From the NCBI RefSeq assembly GCF_006345805.1, contig NW_021832195.1, positions 1 to 31,507 of the forward strand: 31,507 nt of DNA. Reading direction: 5' to 3'. Below the pieces are notes generated by a model that saw only the letters and a list, made by a program, of their open reading frames with translations, ran no database searches and was not told the DNA's origin. Position 1 is the first letter of the stretch, and each line of letters opens with the position of its first letter. The stretch is from Octopus sinensis (Eukaryota). Made by a program: the position numbers and the translations under genes. Shown in pieces: positions 22,752-31,507 of the stretch.

Positions 22752-23316
22752 TGTAACGAACGTTCTGTGAATATCTTCTCTTGTACTTTTGGGGTACAAG
22801 AAAGCAATCACTTTCCGTTGCTTTAATAATCCAGAATTCTACCCGTCAGAAACAAACAAGACGCAAACGTAAATAATATATAAACTACTTTATTCTCTAA
22901 TGTGGTAACAGTAACAATAAGTGGTTATCTGGTATCCCTTTGGTATAAATGTGTCAGTGCTGAACCTTATCGCTGTAAAATAAGAAAGTGTTCAAATGCA
23001 AAACGACACTGGTCAAAGATGGCGTCCGGAACAGGGAGAAGATGTGGTCTGCAACAATTTGGTTAAAGGCCTTTTGGTAAAGCTGCTGCTAGAATCAAGT
23101 TCGGACAGAGAGAAAAATATTTCACGTCCTGCTCCCTCGGTCGCTGCTGTCTCAAGTCGCTGCTTGCTGGACGCTGGTGGTCAACGTCTTACGATCCCCT
23201 TGCCTCGGCTAACTGCTACGTAGGCAAAAGGGTTCTTCTTCCGGTGGTGAAAGCACCAACCCCGCACGCGCGAAATACAAATGGACGGTGCGCGAGCGCG
23301 CGCCGTTGTATAGGAT

Positions 23317-23323
<7 letters not shown>
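22752..23323 (-). mobile_element. Probable solo LTR inserted in (TA)n
   Basis: 572 bp, TGTAACGAAC...GATCACTACA termini (TG...CA with imperfect inverted ends), AATAAA on the minus strand near 22890, CpG-rich end, (TA)n on both flanks. Confidence 0.6.
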
Positions 23324-23348
<25 letters not shown>

Positions 23349-24640
23349 AAACATTACTTTATATAATTAACTGTTTTGAGCAAGCATGTAATGACTTTGG
23401 CTTAGCTATCAGCCTTAAGAAGACCAACATCATGGGTCAGGCTACATCGGACATCCCAATCATACATATTGGAGACCACAGATTACAAGAGGTGGAGAAG
23501 TTTACCTATCTTGGCTCTACCGTCACCTACAACCTATCCGTTGACGCTGAGCTCAATATACGCATTGGCAAGGCAGCTGCTGCGATGGCCCAACTCTCCA
23601 AACGGGCTGGGACAACAATAAGCTGACCAAGACCACGAAAATGAAGATCTACCAGGCATGTGTACTTAGCACTCTACTGTATGGAAGTGAGACTTGGACG
23701 CTATACACACGCCAAGAGCGTCGCCTAAACATCTTTCACCTGCGCTGCCTCCGGAAAATCCTCCGCATCAAATGGCAGAATCATATCCCTAACAAAGATG
23801 TCCTCAGGCAAGCAGGAATACCAAGCATGTTTGCACTCTTCACACAAAGACGTATGAGATGGCTTGGGCATGTTAGCCGTATGAAAGATGGCAGAACCCC
23901 CAAGGACATACTCTACGGAGAGCTTGCAAGGGGTACTAGGTCTGTGGGTAGACCGTTCTTACGATACAAGGATATTTGCAAAAGGGACATGAAGGCCTGC
24001 AACATCAATATTAGCAACTGGGAAGCAGTTGCCAGCAACCGTGGAGATTGGCGACGTACCGTAAATGAGGGAATACAAAGGAGTGACAGAGAGAGAGAGG
24101 AGAAATGGAAAGACAAGAAAAGACGTCAACAAGAAACTATGGCACTACAACCAGCCAGGAACAGTCTTCGCTACATTTGCGGCACCTGCCAGAGGGAGTG
24201 TTTGTCCAGGATAGGACTACACAGCCACAGCAGGATATGTATTAGGACAGGAAATGTAAAAGCCGGACTAGATTATTTTATGCGCAACTCCATTGTCTCC
24301 CGAGACAAAAAGGATGCCAACAACTTTATATAATTAAGGTTCAGCAAAAAAAAATTTGCTTTACCACATACCGAAATTTTAGAAATAGCAGCCAAAAGAT
24401 TTAGCTATTTCTTCTACTATAAGAATAATCTCCCAGACAAATTCTTACAGTAGAAGAAATAGCTAAATTTTTTGGCTGCTATTTTTAAAACTTCGGTATG
24501 TGGTAAAGCAAATTGTTTTTTGCTGAACCCTAATTATATAAAGTTATGTTTAAATTTACCGTAAATGGTCCTTTTACATACTGAACACCTACTTGGTAAA
24601 ATTGTTAATTACTAATTAATTAATTAATTTTGCCCTTTAT
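23349..24640. mobile_element. Hairpin fold-back element interrupted by the RTE insertion
   Basis: Arms are (23349-23370 plus 24338-24426) and 24441-24551, with a 14-nt loop. The extension 24552-24635 matches the reverse complement of 4360-4425. Confidence 0.85.
23371..24322 (+). mobile_element. 5'-truncated RTE-clade LINE
   Basis: FGLAISLKKT, VEKFTYLGS, RIGKAAAAM, YQACVLSTLLYGSETW, RMRWLGHVSRM, C-terminal CGTC..C..RIGLHSH. One frameshift at ~23605. Perfect 15-bp TSD ACTTTATATAATTAA at 23356-23370 and 24323-24337. Confidence 0.95.
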
Positions 24641-26663
24641 TATTATTGACTCTATATATATATATATATATAATATATATATATATAATATATATATATA
24701 TATATTATATATAATATATATGCATATATATATATATTATATATATGCATACATACAAGAGAGGGGGGAGAGTGAAAAAGTGAGAGATGCAGAGAAATAC
24801 ATGCTTTATATCTATATTCAAACATCTTTACATATGTGTGTGTATACACATAACATACACACAACACACACACACACACACACACATATATACAACCCTC
24901 ACACACTCATACATTGTATTTTATTGTATTGTATGATGCTTTTATGCTTTTATACTTTTATAAAGGCAAGAGAATGCGAAATATATGTAAGGTGAATCGA
25001 AATAAGTCAATGGGTTTGCACTTTTATCTTATATTTTGATATTTCAGTGTTAATACCCTTTCTTCAGTTAACTATTTTTTGCTTTGTAATATGTGCGTAT
25101 ATATGTAGCTTTTTTGCTGTGTAGTGTGCGTTTACGTGTAAATGGAGGCGGTGCTTGGCAAGTGCATGATAGCATTGCTATAAGGCAACAAAAAGAGATA
25201 AGAACAGATACGACGAGCCGGCATTCAGGCACCTCAAAAGCACAACATTATATGAAAACGTCAATAAGATCATATCTAACTAGCTCGAAGCTTTCATAAA
25301 CACCTGCTAGGTGAATATTTTTAAGGATTATCGAACAAGCTTAAGCGTAACTTCATCACGAGAAATAATCAAATCCATCAATCATCGTCGAATAGAAAAT
25401 GGCGTAAATCTGGGCCAAATTAAAAGAATTTAGATCTATTGTCTCCAGTATTATCGGACCTTTCTGCAAAATCTCTTGGCACGTATCTAAAATTCTCAAA
25501 CCGCTATTTAAACTTTTCCATGATTTGCTGAATACTGCACCGAAGTTGTCAATAGACTTTAAACCATCCGTACTTAGAAGATAAAAGCATGTTCTCTTAG
25601 TTTAAAACATTGCATCTGTCTTTCCTGCTCCCACCACCATCAGCGATCAAATTACTGACCGAACCCATTGCCTCCTCGTATAAATCTTAACTGCTTAGGG
25701 ATTACACATTCGGATATCCACGGACATTTCACTTCTATCATGCACAATACCTTCTTCCAGATCGAAGTCTCCGTTTACAAACTAATGTCTGGGTTGCTGA
25801 TGAGGTCGAGTTTGTCAGGCCTCCCGGCTATCACACACTATACCATATACGTGATGGTCAGTAGGCTTCGCGAGTTAGCGCGCAGAGCACTCAATACTTG
25901 TCACTTGTGGCGATTTTTACCTCGAGTTTGTCGATGACTTTTCACCCTGGCATCCTCTTGCGAGGAGACCATCATGATACACGAAACATTTTTTAAATAT
26001 TCAGGACTACGTGAAATTTATAGTGAAGCACCCAGATAACACCGATTCCTTATTTCTGCTTGATTTCGAACTAAAAAATCACAGAAAAGTGATCCATCCA
26101 CACTAACTTTTACAGAAAAGCGACAGATAAATATTTGTACATTACTATTCATTCCAGTGCATCAAATCCAAGAGTGTTCACATAAAAAACGAGATCCATA
26201 CATTATACTGTAAATGCAACGAGTCTAGAGACAAAAAGACTAACTAACTTCTTGTGATTCCGAAGAATCCTTATGAGAAACCAGCTAATGCAAACCGCCA
26301 GACTGTCCGTGGGCGGGATGAATATACGGCTTCCACATTCTGGATCCTCCACGGCGGTTCCTAACTGCAGCATACAACGAGGTGATATACATATTGACTA
26401 TTATAACAACGCCATCTTGTGCATGCCAGGTTCCACATTTCATATATACACACTAAAGGGTAAAAAAGCTCGCTCAATACACACCTGTCTCCAATTACTT
26501 CTTTCTGAGGAGTAAATGTCCGAATATAAGATAAAAGTATAAACCATTATTTATACTGATGATATCTACAAAATAGGTGAAACTAGTCCTATTCTAGTGA
26601 TTCTAGAGAGGTCATGGTGCGGTTATTTCCCCTGTCAATGTATATATATATATATATATATAT

Positions 26664-26707
<44 letters not shown>

Positions 26708-26829
26708 CGCTCTTCTTATAGCACTAAAAGTTTTTAACTCTTACTTCTAGCCATGTAGGTGCATTGGACACCCTTAGTCACATGTAGTGACGCTAAAATC
26801 TTCCTTTATGGTATTATATTGCGCCTAGC

Positions 26830-27485
26830 TGTTTATATACTCCTCCTCCCCTCCTCTCCTCTTCCCCCCTCTCCCCCCCTCTTCTCCCCTCCCCTTCTCC
26901 CCCTCTTCTCCCCCTCCCCCTCTTCTCCTCACTACACCACACGACTTAACACATCACATCATATATGATGTGCCATACTAATACATACACCAACTAATAC
27001 ATACTAATACGTACTAATACATACTAATACATACACCAACCCTATACATACACACGTCCAGACCCCTCATACGCACTTATACTCTCTCATACACACACAC
27101 ACTTATACATACTAATACGTACTAATACATACTAATACATACACCAACCCCATACATACGCCTGTCCAGACCTATCCTAGGGTCATTCAACCCTATTATC
27201 AACCCTATTATCTCCCCTTATTTCGCTCTCGCGTCTCATGTTTGATCTTTGACCTCTGGCCGAAATCAGATCGCCATGTTGATTCGTTAGTTACTGCACG
27301 CATTTTTTTTCTCTCCTTCTTTCTGTGTTTTTTTTCTCTCTGTGTATCTTTCTGTTGAAGAGCGTAGGCTCGAAACGTTAAAGACTTGTTTTATTTATAT
27401 TCCCAGAGCGCCATACTAATACAATTGTTTGTTTGTTTTCCACCTGCCTTCGTCTTTTGTCTATTTTCATAAAGCTTCCCGTTAT
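26830..27485 (+). mobile_element. Non-autonomous Penelope-derived element, second copy
   Basis: Homologous to 6037-6570. CT-rich and CATACTAATA-rich body with a ~108-bp-period internal duplication (27001-27172). Confidence 0.8.
27347..27384 (+). ncRNA. Hammerhead-like motif, core CUGUUGA
   Basis: TCTTT-CTGTTGA-A-GAGC GTAG GCTC-GAAACGTT-AAAGA. Confidence 0.6.
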
Positions 27486-27608
27486 ATATATATAAGTGCC
27501 AATACACGAAACACTTGAACCTTGAGTCACGCCGTTACTCCTCAATATTAATAAAAATATACATATACTCATATTTTAAATTCTATTTTTCCTGATTGCA
27601 CCAACATG

Positions 27609-27657
<49 letters not shown>

Positions 27658-27988
27658 TGTGTGTGTGTAATTCAATCAGAGGTTATGTTAACCTCATGAT
27701 GTGATAGTGACATCCAAGGAAATACAGGTTTAATACCTAATATTTTGCGGGGAATTGATTTCCTTAAAATAATAGGCTTGTATATAAACTGTAGTTTATA
27801 TTCATGAAAGGAAAAAGAAGAAACTGGAGATTTTGAAGCTAATAGGAATTTATTATCTACAATAAATTGATCTTTATCCCTTACAGCTGTTTCAATTATA
27901 CACAGGGAAATTAATTAAATTTCAAATTTATATTTCTGATTTTCACGTTTCATCATTTACAATTTTTACAATTTTACAATATTATTGA

Positions 27989-28032
27989 AATAAAGTAGTA
28001 TTTTCATGCGTTACCCAATCATCAGATTTATT
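27989..28032 (-). ncRNA. Decayed minimal hammerhead-like motif
   Basis: AATAAAT-CTGATGA-T-TGGGTAACGCA-T-GAAAATACTA-CTTTATT: canonical core with mismatched stems. Confidence 0.45.
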
Positions 28033-28431
28033 GAGTGACAGTTGTGTTCCACAATTGACAAACGTAGCGAAATTGTTAGATTTGTCCTGCAAGTATCTTC
28101 CGATGGGCTCCAGCAGGCTGACTCTAACGAAATGTCTTTTGACTTAGATGTTACGATCTGATGAATGGGCCACTTTAGTTAGCATTTATCCTGCTTTTTT
28201 TCAACAAGATATTTTAGTCAGCTGGTGTGCGGCCTGGACATTATAGTTTCGTGGGCACATCAACGATTCATAACTTTGACCGCATCTAAAGGAATAATTG
28301 TTTGGCTATTTTTGACTATTTTCATTGAATTCTATTGTTACATTTATGAATCTGTGTTGCAAAATTCCTGATGTGAAACTGTATACATTATTTACATTTG
28401 ACAGATATTTGTCCTCAACTTCTTTGTTGTT

Positions 28432-28477
28432 AACACAACGTTTCGGCTGATATACCCTCCAGCCTTCATCAGGTGTC
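28432..28477 (-). ncRNA. Intact minimal type-I hammerhead ribozyme motif
   Basis: GACAC-CTGATGA-A-GGCTG GAGGGTATAT CAGCC-GAAACGTT-GTGTT, palindrome AACGTT. Confidence 0.82.
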
Positions 28478-28564
28478 ATGGGAAAATTTCGAACTTGGGT
28501 CCTCATTCCTAAGTTATTTTTCGATGTTGTTGTTGTTGTTATTATTATCATTATTATTATTATT

Positions 28565-28946
28565 GAGTGAGAGAGCAGTGCATGCCATCAAAGTGACACT
28601 GGGATAAAATATACAAAGCCCAGTATACCCATCATGACTACCCGTCTGATAAGGGTACACCAGGTACATGCATCACAAACATATGTGCGCGACATGGTAA
28701 TCTCATATCAAGATAAACAACGCATGACCTTGCAGGTCCTTGAATAAAGATTGTTTAAGGATGTTGAACGAAACACCCATGTTTCCAAAGAATTTCATTC
28801 AACACACGCCTATGATGCTTCCCCACTACTTCTGCTCGTGATCAGAGATGCACGTAACGCCAGCCACTAAGGGACATGCTCAACTGGTTAAGGTTAAACA
28901 ACTGACAAGCAAATCTGTGGTATTGAGTAGAATATTTGCTGTAGCC

Positions 28947-28947
<1 letters not shown>
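28565..28947. mobile_element. Unclassified ~380-bp insertion nested in the (ATT)n body
   Basis: Complex sequence flanked on both sides by (ATT)n and absent from the equivalent arms at 8931-9190 and 29085-29200. Confidence 0.65.
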
Positions 28948-28986
<39 letters not shown>

Positions 28987-29098
28987 GAGGTACTGCCTGG
29001 GATCGAACTCGGAATCTTGGGGTTCGTAGCCCTCGTTCTTAACTACTACGCCATATGTCCACGGACTCATGGCAGGGACCTGAACAATAATAATAATG

Positions 29099-29162
<64 letters not shown>

Positions 29163-29245
29163 CAATAATAAAAAATAACAACAACAACAACAACAACAAC
29201 GAAAAATACGTTAGGAATGAGAACCCAGGTTCGAAATTTCCCCAA

Positions 29246-29291
29246 GACACCTGATGAAGGCTTGAGGGTATATCAGCCGAAACGTTGTGTT
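29246..29291 (+). ncRNA. Minimal type-I hammerhead ribozyme motif
   Basis: GACAC-CTGATGA-A-GGCT..AGCC-GAAACGTT-GTGTT. Confidence 0.8.
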
Positions 29292-29447
29292 AACAACAAA
29301 CAAGATGAGGACAAATATCTGTCAAATGTAAATAATGTAAATAATGTACACAATTCCTCATCTCTTAAATATAGAGCTCTAAAACTATGTGTTGAAACAG
29401 ATATTGTTGTATTTCGGGATGGTCATTCTTTTTTTTTTTTGCCAAAT

Positions 29448-29529
<82 letters not shown>

Positions 29530-29599
29530 TATATATATATATATATTTGTTCTTCTCTCATTTATTATTGTTCTTATTTTAACTCATGTCCATTGTCCT

Positions 29600-30650
29600 G
29601 AAATCTTTCATCACACACCAGTGTAGACGTTGAAGTGCAGACATCTCTGATTCGTTAATACTTTGGCTAACATTAGTATTGAGTCTAAGGGGAAATTTAG
29701 ACAGAATATCAATGTATTGGCCGAGATAGTTATTTCTTCCTTTTGGCGGGGTGAATTTTAATTTATTCCATACTAAGAATACATCAATCTCACTACTTTT
29801 ATTAGTAAAAGATGCAACAAATAATTTCCGACAAAATTTTTGGATAACCCCCTACAATTCTTGGTGGTTGACTGTTGGTAAAGGCATGAATTTCAGTCCT
29901 TTCCCCAAAAGTTGGAGTTAATCATTGTCTAAATCTCTTTTAGAGAAATTAATTATTTTTGAAGGGTCTATACGTTCAGCTGTTTTGTATATGTTGCCAC
30001 TTGGTTTTTTTCTTTCTCCGCTGTTTGTTATTCTGACATTAAAAAATGGATTTTTCTCTCTTTATGATTTCTATTAATGTTGATGTTTGCTTGATGAACT
30101 TTGGGTTTCGGCCCTGTATGTATTTCGTTATGCTTTCGTTATGTTTTCTGTCCTGTTTCGTATATTGTTTTTCATTTTATTGTTGGTACTATTTTTAACA
30201 ATCTGGGGAAATAATCTAGGTTCCCTTCGGGATCTACACTGTTTTTATTTAGCCCAGTTCCTTACAAGTAATCTTTGTGGAGATCTTGAGAATGATCTCC
30301 TTCTAGTTTTACTACACCTAATGGTTTGATGCCTGTTTTGTTTATGTTTTTTATGCATGCTATGTGCATTAGGGTGTTCTTGTAATAATAATGAAGAGTT
30401 CTTACCGTAGTTAATCTTCGATTCACAGCGAAACGAGTGCGTTTGTTGCCACGTGCTCTGGCGTATGTTGCATTGACGAGGTTGTTCCCTTTTAATTCTA
30501 GTTCTCGGTGTTGTAGAGTCTTTACCGTAATTTGCAGCATATCGAGAAATGATTGTTTCCGCTGCCCTAACTGTCTAGATCTGTTTTCTTCTTTTGAGAT
30601 ATCCCTGATCCATAGCTCTCGCATCTTTTACGCCATATTGCCAGTCGTCA
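29600..30650 (-). pseudogene. Decayed N-terminal part of a Penelope-like ORF
   Basis: Minus strand 29959-29882 reads KIINFSKRDLDND*LQLLGKGLKFMP (PLE N-terminal N.S...L.KGL.F.P motif); HIACIKNINKTGIKPLG lies upstream. Confidence 0.65.
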
Positions 30651-30939
30651 GCTTTGATATTTCATCGGCAATTTGATCATCAATAACACCGTCTTTCTCT
30701 CTTATAATGGAATTATCTACATAGGGTAATGGAGATGTCGGTCCTGAATTTTTTCATGGTGAGCTCCCATCGAAGTTTTGTTTCCTTCTCCGGTTCACCT
30801 ACAACTTCCTTAATCAGGTACTTACTAGGGTGTATGAGTGCAGCTAGTGAAATCCATTTAGAGTGAATTTCAGCATATTTTTCACATTTAAATGACGATG
30901 ATATTTTTTCTATTTAGCCTTTTCACTCTTCTCTCTTCT

Positions 30940-31320
30940 TCTGTACACCACTCTCCTCTATTCTCTTTCTTTCTCTCTACAATCTCTTCTAGTTTCTTCA
31001 GAATTTCTTCCTATCTGCCAACTTTCTCCTTTTACTTTGCTTCCATCTCTAAATCGGTCTTTCGCCTTGCCCCGTCACAACCTGATTTATCTCCCCCTTC
31101 CCTTTTCGGTACCACGTGATCATCCCATTTCTTCTTTCAGCTTCCCTTTTTGCTTGACTGCTGACCTCTTCAGTCATGTCTCTCTCGGCCCCTCGATTTC
31201 TATTTTTCCCCGCCTTTCGTTCTATCTTTCCAGCGTTCTACATTTTTTCAAGATTTGTAGTGCATCATGTCCCATTAGCGTCACTCATTATACACGTCTT
31301 GTCGTAATGCTGTTTCATAG
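30940..31320 (-). mobile_element. Very decayed RTE-like LINE 3' fragment
   Basis: Purine-rich minus strand with KKWDDHVV and NRGEW, weakly resembling the RTE C-terminus. Confidence 0.35.
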
Positions 31321-31341
31321 CTGAAAGGCCTTTATCTTGTA

Positions 31342-31507
31342 CTAGCAGTATCGCCCGGCGTTGCTCGGGTTTGTAAGGGAAATAACTATAAAGCATTTTT
31401 AGAGAGTTATAGCCAAAAAGTAGCAAAAAATGCATTAAAAATGGAAAAAAAATTATGGTAAATTTTTTTAAATCGTTGACTCATCGTAGACATTTTTAGA
31501 GAGTTAC
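31342..31507 (-). mobile_element. Helitron-like 3' end (element runs off the window)
   Basis: Minus strand ends CCCGAGCAACGCCGGG hairpin, 8 nt, CTAG, followed by T. Confidence 0.65.

Larger units (their letters stand above)
28381..29378. mobile_element. Second head-to-head dimer of the tRNA/(AAT)n/hammerhead element
   Basis: Inverted tails 28381-28525 (-) and 29200-29378 (+), full tRNA-like head on the minus strand 28988-29060, junction GCCATATGTCC-AC-GGACTCATGGC. Confidence 0.85.

Noticed and set aside
28370-29390. TSD for the second dimer
   Set aside because: Only AAACT is shared between the flanks, which is too short to support.

Overview
AT-rich, repeat-saturated animal (eukaryotic) DNA with very dense (TA)n/(CA)n/(AAT)n/(CATA)n microsatellites and tRNA-derived SINEs. 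This is most consistent with intronic or intergenic cephalopod (Octopus-like) sequence, which is an inference from the repeat landscape. No intact host gene is present, only one plausible 159-bp coding exon at 16478-16636. Almost all ORFs in the supplied track are microsatellite artefacts. The real coding remnants are retroelements: a disrupted Penelope-like (PLE) reverse transcriptase (~18.7-21.0 kb), a PLE Zn-finger/GIY-YIG 3' end, two further decayed PLE pieces, a CR1-group LINE 3' end and RTE LINE fragments. There are also a solo LTR, two 8-bp-TSD MITEs and a Helitron 3' end. The most notable signal is 12 minimal type-I hammerhead-ribozyme-like motifs from about 7 sequence families, many inside fold-back non-autonomous elements. 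One family is a tRNA-Arg-headed, (AAT)n-bodied, hammerhead-tailed element that occurs twice as a head-to-head dimer joined at the same 2-nt junction; one dimer is bounded by a single 12-bp TSD.
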